Below are positions 1-13,922 of a DNA stretch of 64,000 bases, one piece after another. The notes beneath the pieces were generated by a model, which was not told the origin of the DNA, made no database searches, and worked only from the letters and a program-made list of their open reading frames with translations. Made by a program: the position numbers and the translations under genes. Each line of letters opens with the position of its first letter. Within the stretch, counting starts at the first letter, position 1. The stretch is from Octopus sinensis. Taxonomy: Eukaryota. The DNA is taken from positions 87,234,001 to 87,298,000 of the forward strand of contig NC_043000.1 of the NCBI RefSeq assembly GCF_006345805.1. Direction: 5' to 3'.

Positions 1-86
1 GCGTGCTTGAAAAATAGGTCATTGGAAGGGAAAAGAAAATGGCACATGTGTCTGCAGAATACTCAACCACGTACTCAATTCAACAA

Positions 87-137
87 GTCGACTGAAGGAC
101 TGAATGTTACTCTCCGAAACTGCTGGAGAGTCTCATC
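87..137 (+). ncRNA. Degenerate hammerhead-like motif
   Basis: CTGAAG..GGA/TCC stem..GAAAC..GTC order is present, but the core is incomplete and stem I pairs only partly. Confidence 0.3.
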
Positions 138-473
138 TTTTATATATGTATATGTACGTGTGAGTATGAGCATGTGAGTATGAGTACATAAGTATGTGTG
201 AGTGTGCGTCTGTACGTGCATGTGTGCTCGTGTGTGTGTAGAGGAAAGTTCACTTTACGCTGAGTTATGTAAGTGGGTCAGATTCAACCAATGTGAGGAA
301 TATATGATATCAAGGTCAAGAATATTGAAAGTTCAGAATGTCCCATCAAAGTTTCATGGAAAACAAAATGTCTGTAGTTTAAACTGTACTTTCAGTTTGA
401 TTTACACCACATTTAGTGTGCACGTGTGTAGTGTGTGTATGTTTGTCAGACAGAAAGAGCATTCATGGGTGTG

Positions 474-507
<34 letters not shown>

Positions 508-597
508 CATAGAAAGGGGGAGAGAGAAGAAGAGTGAGGGATAGGGAGAAGGAGGGAGAGAGAGCAATTATGTTTGCATGTGAGACATAGGCAGCAC

Positions 598-625
598 ATA
601 TATTATATATATGTATGTATGTATG

Positions 626-657
<32 letters not shown>

Positions 658-686
658 TGTATGTAGTATGTATGTATGTATGTATG

Positions 687-783
<97 letters not shown>

Positions 784-1040
784 TCGGCAGGAGGACTTAA
801 ACGACATGCAAAGGTACATGAAACCCAGTTGCAACTACAGCCGGCTATTACCGGTAAAGGTTTTAGTTACCAATTTTGTACAAGACATTGTAGATCTTTA
901 GCTGGGCTAAAAAGTCGCATTCGATCACAGCACCAATAACAGTTAAGCTTCGTGCAATGGGCATACTCGATAACGAGGGGGCAGCCATCATATCTATATA
1001 TATATATATCTATGTAGATATATGTTTGTATATATGTATA

Positions 1041-1103
<63 letters not shown>

Positions 1104-1134
1104 ATATATATATGTATATATATATATATATATG

Positions 1135-1186
<52 letters not shown>

Positions 1187-1293
1187 GTATATATATGTAT
1201 GTATATATATGTCCATATCTACACATATATATATATATCATATGCATACATGTGTGTGTATATTTACATATATGTTAATGTGTATATATATAC

Positions 1294-1329
<36 letters not shown>

Positions 1330-1344
1330 TAATATATATGTACG

Positions 1345-1376
<32 letters not shown>

Positions 1377-1380
1377 CATA
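598..1380. repeat. (ATGT)n/(AT)n/(AC)n microsatellite blocks
   Basis: Direct inspection; source of the YIYI/MYVC/HTHT ORFs in the track. Confidence 0.95.
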
Positions 1381-1755
1381 AAAGCTCCCACACATTGCAC
1401 CCCTACACACACCGCATGCGTACATAGACGCCCCACAATTTTAACCAATTCATAGAAAAAAGAAGCACACTAAGGAACATGGATGTGTAGGCAACGGATT
1501 GACATATAATACCACTACACACATTCCATTTCCACAAGGACACCAACTTTAAAGACACACATTTCCCACAAACTCTTTCCCAGAAAACTATTGCGAACTT
1601 GCAGCAGAACCACCCTCAGTGACGATGTTTTTGGCACCAATCGCTATAACTCTTGACTCAATCCTTTGCTCGATTCGTTTCATCGTCTTTTTCACAGCAA
1701 CCACAAACCGGATGTATCTATTTAACTCTAACAATAGAGAGCATATTTCATTCTA

Positions 1756-1853
1756 TGACGGCTACCCCTGATGAGCGCAGTGTTTCATAGCCGGACTATT
1801 ACCTAACACTCCGTTGAACCCATGGTGCGCAACCGATTGGTAATACCGGCCGT
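1756..1853 (+). ncRNA. Degenerate hammerhead with extended stem II (PLE-tail type)
   Basis: CTGATGA at 1768, GCGCA/TGCGC stem II (1775/1826), ACC-GATT-GGT stem III and GTA site; G12-A13 missing; outer ACGGC/GCCGT helix. Confidence 0.45.
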
Positions 1854-2538
1854 AATGGATATATAATGCTGTACATAATATACGATTAATATATATATAT
1901 TTATATGGAACATACATACACACATGTGTGTGTGCATGTGTGTATGTGTGTATCTGTATGTATGCAACAAAATCCACCATAAATTATAAATTCCCTGAAC
2001 AAGTCTAACTATTGTAGAAAACAATTTCAATGAAGAACAACTCTGGAACGATGAGAATACAAAATTCAAAAGGCTCATAACGAAAAATATACGCAAGTAA
2101 TACAACAAACATATACATTCCTTGTTCAGCTGTGTAATGGATATTATTTTGGTTTCGACACATGGATAGAAGTTACTGATTGAACCTGTGTTGATTTATG
2201 TTATACTCCTTGGTTTAATTTTTCTCGAAATTTATTTTAGTTTCTAAGAAAACATCTTTTGAACTTTGGCAATGCTATATGTAGATGAGCTAACGAAAAT
2301 TCAGAGAGTAAAGACTTGGGAAGTTAAAACTTTAATATCTTTATAACATGACTGACATTTATAATTTTTTGGCAGTATTTTTTCTACATTTCTCATGCCA
2401 AAACTTAAATAATGGATTAAATCTTCCTGCATTTAGACATCAGAACTTTGAATAATCTTCTGCAAAATGCTGTTGGAATAAACGTTCACAATAAGTGTCT
2501 AGACTAAATGGAATCCCAAATTGTCTTCTATAACTTGC

Positions 2539-2594
2539 TTCCCTCTGATGATTAAAAGTACCCTGATTGGGTACGTTTTAATCGACAGAGGGAA
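2539..2594. other. 56-nt near-perfect hairpin
   Basis: TTCCCTCTGATGATTAAAAGTACCC-TGATT-GGGTACGTTTTAATCGACAGAGGGAA: about 24 bp with one bulge and one mismatch. Confidence 0.8.
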
Positions 2595-2802
2595 CACATG
2601 GCTGGATTTTACCCTAGAACTTTCATTATAAAGTGTACTGCTATTCTGTTTCCCATCCTCTTTTTTACTAAAAAAAAAAAAGTTCTGCTAGCCAAGCAAA
2701 ATAACAATTTTCTTTTATTCTATATTGTATCCGTTGCCTATGTTATGGCCTATTGCTTTAGAAATATCTATAGATTATAATTGTTGATATGTTTTACATT
2801 TA

Positions 2803-3020
2803 AGGCGGTGAGCCGACAGAATCGTTAGCACGCGGGGTAAAATACTTAACGGTTTTTCGTCCGTTTTTACGTTTTGAGTTCAAATTTCCCGGAGGTCGAC
2901 TTTACCTTCCCTCCTTTAGGGATCGATAAAATAAGTACCAGTTGAACACTGGGATCGATGTTGTCGACTTACTCCCTTACTCGAAGTTGCAAGCCTTGCC
3001 ACAATTTGAAACCAATACGT
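2803..3020 (+). mobile_element. SINE family S2 (GGCGGCGAGCTGGCAGAA head)
   Basis: Shares head and GAGGTCGACTT/AAGTACCAGTT motifs with copies at 9320, 39920 and 51411. Confidence 0.8.
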
Positions 3021-4156
3021 GTTTCATTTGAAAACAACCTTAAAATGTTCAGGTTAAAATGTTCCTCTTCATTAACCAAATAGCATACGAAGTCATTTTT
3101 TCATTGCTACATTCATGAAGATGTAATTAGCAGAATACATCTTTAATTTGAATTCATAACCGAGTCGCGAACGTATCTCCCTGAGTTTCGAACAACTCTT
3201 GCAATATCCATTTTCTTGTATAAATGCCTTATCTGTTTCCGGTGCCGGTTTAAAATATAACAGAGACAGACTGGAAATGAGTGAATTTGATGATATATAG
3301 AAAACGTAGAATATTATATTAAACAAATGCTACCAGAATTATAAATTATTGGAAATACGCTTGAATTACGAAATCTATTAAAAGTTGATCTGAATAAAAT
3401 AAAATAAGGAATGCAGCTAGAAATGATGTTTGTTTTCGTAGATAATAAAATATAACATAAAAAGGGCACATTAACAAAGAAATAACAAATACTAAGAGCA
3501 TTCAGACAAATATATTTTTATTCTACTAAATTTTGTAGAAGTTACTATTACTGTCTACATTTTGACAGTACTCAAATGAATACAACAATTGGTAATATAA
3601 ACAATATATATATATATATATATATATGCATATATACGTAGGTATATGTACATACTTACATCTATACGTGAGCACAGGACGTCACGAAACGTGTAGAACA
3701 AAAAAGTACGAAGCACGAGTCATGGAACATGAACTCTTCTTTCGAAAAACGAAAGACACAAATGGGAAACAAAACAAACAGCATAAAGAACGACCCCTCA
3801 TCACTTGATGGCTGTTTTTTCTAGTTTCGTATTTCGAACATTTAACAACAATATACGCTTTCGATAAAACAGTTGCTCCCGCAAAGCAAATTAAATAAAA
3901 TTTGGGATTTTGTGGAGGATCAAATTAAGTAGTACAAACAGGACAGTGAAAACAAACATGAAGGGCTGCTAAGTCTAAACGAGATTGTAGTGGCGAACGC
4001 GTAAATCAAGCTAGGACAGGAGACAAACAAGAACACGTCTTCCTTGTTACAGCTACAACAGAGAGAAAAGAAGAAAGATGGCCGATGGTATGCATATATA
4101 TATATATATGCATATATATATATACGTATAGATGTAAGTATGTACATATAAGTATG

Positions 4157-4196
<40 letters not shown>

Positions 4197-4204
4197 ATTA
4201 CATA

Positions 4205-5467
4205 CGAGGGACGTTCAATAAGTAATGCCTCTGACCCATTTGCAGTTGTTTGATCTAGCCGAGATTTTGCATGTGCAATCATTTATATCTCTATAGAGTA
4301 AGTGGCAAATTACAGCTCTGAATTAATTGTGGTTTCTGATTTACAGGTGTTTGAACCAAGTCAAGTGTGAAATGGAGCCTGTTGAGTGTCGAGCAGTGAT
4401 CCGGTTTTTGTATTTGAAAGGACGCACACCACGGGAGACTTTTGATGAAATGAAAGTAACTTATGGTGATGATGCCCCATCATATGACCTTGTAAAACGC
4501 TGGCATCGTGAATTCAAACATGGTCGGAACTCTGTGGAAACAGCTCCCAGATCTGGTCGCCCCCTTCTGCCATTGATGAGGCATCTGTCCGTCAAGTTGA
4601 GGCTGCCATTTTGGAAGATCGACGCATAATTATTCGCCAAATAGCCCATGAGGTCAAGATTAGTACTGGGTCTGTGGAAACTATCATTCATGACCATTTG
4701 CATATGCAAAAGGTGTCTGCCAGATGGATTCCCAGGTTGCTCACGCCTTTCCAGAAGCAAGAACGCGTCGAGTGCTCGAGGGTGAATTTGGAGATGTGCC
4801 AAGAAGATGAGTCAAAATTTTTCAAAAGACTGATTACACAGGATGAAACCTGGGTCCATCACGATGATCCAGAGACCAAAGCCCAGTCAATGCAGTGGAA
4901 GCACCGTGACTCACCCCCTCCAAAGAAGGCAAGGGTGCAGCCCTCCGCTGGTAAGGTCCTGGGACCAGAACGGAGTAGTGATGACAGATTTCCTGGCAAA
5001 GTGTACCACAATTGCAGGAGCCTACTATGCTTCACTTTTGAGGAAATTAAGAGAAGCTATCAAAATCAAGAGGCGGGGCAAGATCAGCAAAGGAATCCTC
5101 CTCCTGCAGGACAACGCTCCGGTCCACAACTCGCTTGTCGCCAGATCAGGAGCACAGGCGTATGGCTATCCCCCCTACTTTCCTGACCTTGCACCCTCTG
5201 ATTTTCACCTCTTCCCAATCATGAAGTTGTTTTTGAAAGGAAAGCGTTTCCCAGATGATGCAGCCTTGATTTCTGAAGTCACGTTGAGGTTGGAGGACCA
5301 AGCTGGGTTCTTCTACAAAAACGGTCTCCAGAGCCGCATCAAACGATGGGAGAAATGCGTAACTCTGGGTGGTTCCTATGTAGAAAAAGACTAATAACTG
5401 TGCCAAGTTTCGTTGCTCTACTGCTATGGGAAGTGGGTCAGGGGCATTACTTATTGAACGCCCCTCG
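4205..5467 (+). mobile_element. Full-length mariner (DD34D) DNA transposon
   Basis: 34-bp TIRs at 4205-4238 and 5434-5467 (2 mismatches), TA on both sides (4203-4204, 5468-5469). Confidence 0.95.
4372..5394 (+). pseudogene. Frameshifted mariner transposase
   Basis: MEPVECRAVIRFL.. HTH region, WIPRLL, QDETWVH, QDNAPVH and YFPDLAPSD motifs spread over three frames with small deletions. Confidence 0.93.
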
Positions 5468-6170
5468 TATATAACAAGAAAGAAACTATGCTAGAAAGAT
5501 GAGAGGCAACAGATACGACGATTATTGTATCTATATAAATTTATTTTTGCATTCAAGCGCCGTAGATTTTGGGTACTTTTGTGACAAGATTTCATCCCTT
5601 TGCTTAATGTTTTTCACGTTTTAAGACGTGATCAGGGCCACAACTTCAATATAGAGCAAAAATTCCCTGACAGCTTCAATACGCATACGGAGTCGATGAG
5701 AGGAAACTACTTACTCTGGAAGAGCGACGGCATAGTGAAATTAAAAGTCTTATATAGTGTAAGGCTACGAGAAATGTAAAATGACATAATGTCACATGGC
5801 AAAGCGATATGCCATTAACTATTTCCTTGAATGAGAGAAAAGTAAAAAATATCCATAAAAGAAACAGAAAAATGCGATAAGAAGTTGCAGTATCCACAAC
5901 TACCTCGCTTCATGTCCAAGTGCCAATTCCCAACACGTTGGTAGAAAGGGTCCTATTCTAGAGTTGTCCTTACGGTTCGGAAATTTAGTATTTTCTTCGT
6001 AGAATGATTCTGTGTTCACTATATTTCATTGATGGAATCTGATTTCGGGTATACATACACTGTAGACTATGTTACCTGGTCCGAATATATTAATCTAAAG
6101 ATGATGCAACGCAATTCACTCGTTTAATCTTATCGTAATCAAAACTTGGTGGTTGTGATAGCGGTTGACA

Positions 6171-6830
6171 CATTACGTCATATGAGTAGGAAATAATTAA
6201 TCTCAGCGGAGTAACACAGTAAATAGATGGAGAATCACATGCAGATCGGAATATACGTTTGCTCCTCCCTACCAACCATCAGTATACTCAACTATCTCAG
6301 CCATTGTAAGTTAAGATCTAGGCTTTCATCATAGGCAGTAGGGCTACTGATAAAATAGAAACATCTGTTTGGGTTTTAGCGGACCCTTCAAGTTTTTACA
6401 CGAAGGGCCACTTCTCTTAAGGATTTTAGGCTTGATGCTGTCCATGAATTAATTGTGGTTTCCATATATATGGATATAGCCCCTTGATTCGAGCACTAGT
6501 GATGTTATTATATTAGCTCGATGATTATTAGTTTTCATAATGGAAGATATCTCAATGAACCTCACAAAAATATGACAAACATGAAGATTTGATTGATAGC
6601 TGAATCCCCCCCCCCCGGTAGGTCTATGAAGGTTACCTTTTGCAACCGGCATTTATCACATCACTCAACATAATTTATTAAGATCCTAGAATTAATCTGG
6701 GAATGTTATCAACGTCATGCGGTACTTGAGTATGGTGACGGTTGGTAGAGAGCAAACGTAAATTCCAACCTATATGTGATTCTCCATCTATTTACTGTGA
6801 TTAATCATTTCCTACTCATATAACGTCATG
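6171..6830. repeat. Inverted repeat of ~110-125 bp around a ~425-bp spacer
   Basis: 6171-6295 matches the reverse complement of 6721-6830 (ATATGAGTAGGAAA..ACAGTAAATAGATGGAGAATCACAT..TACGTTTGCTC), with a 13-nt indel. Confidence 0.85.
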
Positions 6831-7632
6831 TTATCCTGAAATCTCCGAAATGAAATATTTTCGTGTCAGTACCATTATTATTCAACACCCACCAAATGTC
6901 AATGAAAATTAACTCTCTGATTTTTTTGTTGCTTACTTCATGCATGAGTCGAGAAAGGTTATATCAGGTGGTATAATTCTGAGATCTACTTGTATCCTTT
7001 TCAGAATTTAATTAAATATTGTCTGAGGAAAATGTTCTCATTATAACCAAATACTTTGTTAAACACCATCGTTAGGATGGGTTTTGCAGAGCTATCTAGA
7101 TTATTTCCCAGAGTATTAGCTTCATATATTCCATTCGAATTTTTAAAATTATTTTCGAGAAATCTAGATATGCCTAGACAGTTACACCTACCCTTCATTT
7201 ATTTCGTGTCTGGAAGTTGCAAACGATACGTATTTCTCAGAGTGCAGTTAGCATAGATAGACTCTTCTGGGAATTAATTAACTTACATGTTTCGTTAATG
7301 GGTCCAAGTGGGTGGAAATTTGTTGCTATTTGTTATACGTACTTTATTATACATTCTTTATACAGTCATTGTTCATAAAAAGCTTTTAAATATATTATTG
7401 AATTACATTTTTTGACCGATCCCAATATCATAGTAAAAACATCAGACAACAGTCTAGACAAGTCAAACATTTAGCTGCTCCTTTTATTTGAAAAATATAA
7501 AAATTTATTTACTTTTGAGAAAAGTTTTGGTATTATGTTAATATGAATTAATATAAGGACGAAACGTAGAAAAATTTACTCCGTTACAGAAGCTCTTTGC
7601 GAACACATATATTTACGAATACATATATTAAT

Positions 7633-8010
<378 letters not shown>

Positions 8011-8828
8011 TAAATACACTCGAGTATGTTAATATACAAGAATGGAGACAGCATCTACAAGTATGTTAAATCTGAAATTTTATGCCACCATATATTAAGT
8101 TTTCCGTCGCTGAATATGTTTTTACTTAAAGATAATTTTTACGATCTACATCAGGGTTCAGCGTAACAGAGAAGACAGTAAATGAATTTAGTTTACTAAC
8201 TCCCATTTTTGACAGCTAATCTCTAAGCAGGACACTCCTAATAGATTTACATCCTAGGGAAATGAGGTTCAATAGTGGTGAGTTCAATATATTGTTTTAT
8301 AGAAGAACACCAGCGTTTTATGGACCAAAGAATAGCCACGTTTGTAATAATGATTTTCTTTGACAAGATTACGGCAGACGGAATACCATCAGTACACATT
8401 GCATAACAAAGAATCAATTGATAAAACACCGAAGAAATCTAGCATTGACAGGCGAAAATTTTATATTACCTAACGTGATTTAAAAGAATGACAAACTATG
8501 TTAGTTGGCAGTGAAAGCAATGACATAACTTGTTTTTAAACGATGCACTCTTTTTCTTCATATCCCATCCGTTCAGTATTTTGATTGATCACTTATACGA
8601 AAGGCCAAGTAGATGAACCCTAGTGTAGCAAAAGAACTGACATTTGAAAACTTTGATGTGATAAACATCAAAAGAAAGGAAAGTTTCTCTGCATTATGTT
8701 CAAAACAGAAAAAAGTATGATGCACATTTTGAAATACATACATACACTTAGAAACTTGCGCAAGCATATACACACTCAGACAAAAACATAAGCACAGACA
8801 CACACAAACACAAACACACACACACATA

Positions 8829-8877
<49 letters not shown>

Positions 8878-9319
8878 CACAATATCTCAAGCACCAGATA
8901 CAGTCACACTCACAGATACGCAATTACTTATGAAATGCGAACAAGACAAATATATAAAGAAAAGTGGCGAGGAGAGCAGAGTACGAGGGAAGGAGAGAGC
9001 AGATTACAAAAAGCTGAAACACATACGCAAGCACATACATACATAAATACATACACAAACACACACACACACATGCACACACATGCACACACATGCACAC
9101 ATATGCACACACACATGCACACACACAAGTATAGAATCATTCACGAGAAGCCAACCTTTAGAGATAAGTCTGAGATTTCGGTTTTCTGCTACAGCCCTCC
9201 AATATTACACATGTCAACTGTAACCTTAGAAAAAGGAATAAACTCCCCACAATCTCATTCTAATAAACAAGCAGTGGCTTTGCATCTATGACAAAAATAA
9301 ATATTCTTCTCTACTCTAG

Positions 9320-9812
9320 AAACAAGGCCCGAAATTTGTGGGGTAAGGGGCCAGTCGATTAGATCGACTCCAGTACGCAACTGATACTTAATTTATCGAG
9401 ACAGAAAGGATGAAAAGCAAAGTCGACCTCGGCGGCATTTGAACTCAGAATGTAAAGACAAACGAAATACCTATTTCTTTACTACCCACAAGGTGCTAAA
9501 CACAGAGAGGACAAACAAGGACAGACACACGGATTAAGTCGATTACATCGACCCCAGTGCGTAACTGGTACTTATTTAATCGATCCCGAAAGGATGAAAG
9601 GCGAAGTCGACCTCGGCGGAATTTGAACTCAGAACGTAGCGGCAGACGAAATACATCGATCCCAGTGCGTAACTGGTACTTAATTTATCGACCCCGAAAG
9701 GATGAACGGCAAAGTCGACCTCGGCGGAATTTGAACTCAGAACGTAACGGCAGACGAAATATAGCTACGCATTTCGCTCGGCATGCTAACATTTCTGCCA
9801 GCTTCCGCCTTG
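9320..9812 (-). mobile_element. SINE S2 dimer with internal tandem duplication
   Basis: AAGTCGACCTCGGCGG(A/C)ATTTGAACTCAGAA unit occurs three times; head TTCTGCCAGCTTCCGCC at about 9793-9810. Confidence 0.85.
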
Positions 9813-11689
9813 ACAAAAATAAATATTTGAACTAAAATATTCAAACTTTAGTGAGACGACTGGATTTTAACGTAGTAAACTGAATAGGAGCGAGATGGAG
9901 ACCAGAGTGTTGGATCATGGATTGTAAGTTCATCCTTTTCTCTCTCTGCTAGCGAGGAGAAGAGTTAGTTGCGCCCTGATGTATTTTTCGAATTATCTTG
10001 CTTTGTAGTCTATTGTGATAGATTATTATCCCGTCTGTAGTTAGAATTAATTTGTTATACACATCACGCTAAGGAATCAATGCAATCATTATTTTCACAG
10101 TGAGACCAACTTTAATTGTCAGTAAGACTAACTGTAAATGTTTACATACATACAGACAGAATACATACATACATACACACATACATGAATACATGAATAC
10201 ATACATAGATACATACATACACGTATAATAGCACATTTAAATTGAATGCTTATATTGCGATTCCAGCTTCACGCCAATGCAATTTTTAGAAGCGAAATGT
10301 TAAAACTAGTAGTTATCTATTCTGTTGTGTCTGGAGAGTCATTTTCTTTTTGCGCTCTTATAATGTAACACACTCACCGGTAAAATTTCCACTTGTTTCT
10401 TATTTTTATTTTCCTAAAATTTTCGTTGCGTCTTGCAACCTTTTCAATAGTCTTAACTCTGTCCGTTATTTACACTGCGTTCCTTTTTGTTTGTGCGCAT
10501 GTATGTGGGTCAGTGTGTGTGTGTGCCTATGCATGCATGTACGTATGTATGTGTGTATGTATGTGTGTGCATATTCATGTGTTTGCATGTCCGTGTTTGT
10601 GCATTTTCTATGTATGTGTGTGTGTGAGTATGTGTTTGTATATGTATGCACCGCTGTTTCCTTGTGTGTACATGTCTGTGTGTGTCTGTTTTGCAACTAT
10701 GTACTATGTTTGTATGTATGGATGTGCATCTCTATGTGTGTGGGTCCGTATTCCCATATGTGTCCTTGTGTGGAGTAAAGTGTGTGTGTGTGTATGGTCA
10801 AGTTAATTTAATAAGCTAAATAAATCACACTCATGGTATTCGTGTAGTATTTCTTATTTGTGTTTGTTCGTTGTTTGTATTTTTGCATCTGTTGATTGGT
10901 TGTTATTTGGGTATGTTTTGACTGGTTGCTTATTTTTGCGTCTTAGAGTTTAATTTCGTCAATTTTGTCGGTGAGGGACATCTTTGGGTATTTTCAGTTA
11001 TGTTTTAATCCTTCATTTTTTTTCCTTTTTTTTTACTTGCTTCAATCATTGGTCTGCGTATTGGGGTACTGCCGTGAAAGATTTAGTCAAGCAAATCGTT
11101 CCTTGTACATATTTGTTTTGCAATGGTACAAACATACGCTGTATACATGCACAATATATAGTTACAGTCACATACACACGTATACATACCACCTGGACAA
11201 ACACATATCAACTGCTAAACACAAGTGTTTGTTCACGCTCTCACACACATACACACATACACACACATGTTAGCCTCACGCATATGCACAGGTCCATACG
11301 CGCCCATGCACACACACAAATACACAAAGCGCACATCACTCCACACAGCACATACACTAGGTTACTTGTACACATACGAACACACCCAGGCCAATGCTTA
11401 TGCTCGCTCATGATAACCGCGCACACATACGTACACACATCCATATGCACACACAAATACCAGTAGATGTAACGCATATCACTCCACATAATGTACGCAC
11501 TGGGTCACTTACTCACATATACACAGACAGGTACACATATTTTTCAGCTTACCCATACATACACACACATAAACACTATTCTCACATACTCACACGCGCA
11601 CGAGAATAGATTCGTTCTGCCGGGTCACCGTCATTATCTACCTTTCATTTAGCTTTCTGGCTATTTACTCATGCTGAACCGTTAATCTC

Positions 11690-11860
11690 AACATTGTTTT
11701 CATTCCCTCTTCTTTTCACCCCTCTTAGTACTTTCGTCGAAGAGCGTAAGTTCGAAACGTAAAAGACTTTGCCATTCTTCCCGAGTGTTAAACCAATACA
11801 GCTGCTTGTTATTCCTACACCTGTCTTCATCTTTTGTTTTCTGTAAATTTGAACAATATA
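11690..11860 (+). mobile_element. PLE-type tail with degenerate hammerhead (GAAGAGC..GCTCGAAACGTA family)
   Basis: Motif at 11731-11765; downstream sequence homologous to 55150-55310, 56740-56935 and 57130-57285. Confidence 0.6.
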
Positions 11861-12388
11861 TTACACACGCTCACGTGATCACCTCAGTTTGATCTTGCCT
11901 GACTGAACTTCCTACGCTCTTTGACTCTCAATCCTATTTCCTGAACTTTCGGTACCTCTCTTCAGCTACATAACCAGCACTTCACCCAGATTACCACCGG
12001 ATCTTCGTTCTCATTTGGACTCTACCTCCATGAATTTTACTGGCTATTCTTGTATATATACAAGCACACTGCGACAAGCCCTCTTTCTCTCTCTTCGTCC
12101 TTTCACTACTGTGGCTACAGCTCTCAGCTCTTCATGGCAACAGGAGCTAACCTGAGCGCTTTCCTGCATGCCTCTAGATTCATTCATGTGCATGTTGATG
12201 CATATAGATATGTAGGAGTACAGATTATACATATACGTATACATACATGTATAGATATACGTATACGTATATGTATACGTATACATATACGTGTGCATTT
12301 ATCTTCGTGAACGTATATTTTGTGCGTCCCCCTGTTTATATATTTGCATGTTTGTGCAAGTTAATATGAATATATCTATATACACCTT

Positions 12389-12436
<48 letters not shown>

Positions 12437-12721
12437 TGTATGTATGTGTGTGTATGTGTGTGCGTGTGAGTGTGTGTGTAGTTAATTCAAATAAACGAAT
12501 AAAATTGGACAACATGAGGACGTGCATAAGAAATGTATTAACTTAACGCTAATTCTTTGATTATTTGAACTGACTATTTACTGCAAGCTCACACGGACAG
12601 TCCACATCCTTCCGACTGTTTTTGAGTACCTGATTCAAAGATTTCTTACTCTACCCGTGGAGTACGTTACCTTTAAATTCCCTCAGAGTACGTCATTTCT
12701 GTACCTATGATTATATATATA

Positions 12722-13860
12722 CAGGGCTTGGACAAAATAATGGTAACACCCAGCATCAGAGCATCATAATTTTGAAATATCTATAAAACCATCAAAACAG
12801 TGTTTATTTTTATGTTGTTTGATTTATTATTAGTGTTGCTTAATATGTTTTGCAAAAAAATTGCTGTTTTTATTTAGATATCATCAGAAAAAAAGTAATT
12901 AAAATTCATTAAAATGACAGATCTATCATACTTTCAAACAGGTCAAATTGTTGATGGTCGTATGGCAGGTGCTAGCGTGACGAAAATAGCCGAGATGTTT
13001 GGTGTATCAAGAAGTACTGTCTCGAAAGTAATGACAGCCTTTGAGAAAGAGGGAAAAGCCTCCTCGTCGAAACAAAACTCTGGAAGAAAACCAAAACTTT
13101 CAGAGAGAGACCGTCGGACTCTAACGCGAATTGTTTGAAAGGATCACAAAAGTACAGCTCCCAAAATTACTGCAGAGCTTAATGACCACCTCGAGAATCT
13201 AGTTTCCACAAAAGAACTGTTCGCTGGGAGCTGCACAAATCCGGATTTCACGGGAGGGCTACAATCAGAAAACCACTACTTTCAAAAACAATCGTTTCAA
13301 AGCGTTTAGAGTGGAGTAAAAACCTACTGAATTGGTCCCTAGAAAAGTGAAAGAATGTTATTTTTTCAGACGAGTCATCCTTTACCTTATTTCTGACCAC
13401 CGGCCGAGTATACATGTGGAGACAGCCAAAAGAAGTATTTGACCAAGACTGCCTTCTACCAACTGTTAAACATGGAGGAGGATATGTGATGAGCTGGGGG
13501 GCTATATCTCGGAAATCCGGCGGCCCAATGGTTTCCCTTCGTGGTAGAATTAATAGTGAAGACTATTTAAGCATTTTATCTGATCAAATTCATCGTATGG
13601 TTGCGGAAATGTTTCCGGAGGGAAACGCAATCTTTCAGGATGATAATGCACCAATTCATACATCTAAAGTTGTTACTGAATGGCATGAGGAACATTTTGG
13701 TGAAGTGAAACATTTTATCTAGCCACCACAGTCCTCAGGTATCAATATTATTGAACTTTTATAGTGCATTTTAGAAAAGGAAGTAAAGAGTCGATATCCT
13801 CCACCATCATCACTACAAGAACTGGAGACTGTTTTAGCTGAAGAATGGACAAAAATGTTT
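12722..13860 (+). mobile_element. 3'-truncated Tc1 (DD34E) transposon with decayed transposase
   Basis: TA plus CAGGGCTTGGACAAAATAATGG left end; MTDLSYFQTGQIV..GRKPKLSERDRR, FSDES, QDDNAPIH and PPQS..NIIE motifs with stops and frameshifts; no right TIR seen. Confidence 0.92.
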
Positions 13861-13922
13861 GTTCCGTGCATGTATTTGTATATATCTGTGTATATACATT
13901 GTATGTGCGTGTCTATCTATCT

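Noticed and set aside
941-956. TAAGCTTCGTGC match to exon B (also TTCGTGCTTAT at ~22557)
   Set aside because: Short matches that do not extend; not a third paralog.
3093-3326. 77-aa minus-strand ORF
   Set aside because: No recognisable motif, no convincing splice-site pair and no paralog.
7001-7256. Overlapping short ORFs after a plausible acceptor at ~7003
   Set aside because: All frames close soon after the acceptor; no donor or homology support.
9390-9760. Regularly repeated ~30-60-bp motif resembling a CRISPR array
   Set aside because: Internal duplication of SINE S2 in a eukaryotic context; no unique spacers or cas genes.
11940-11970. CTGAAGA..CGAAAG on the minus strand
   Set aside because: No valid stem III, NUH site or stem I.
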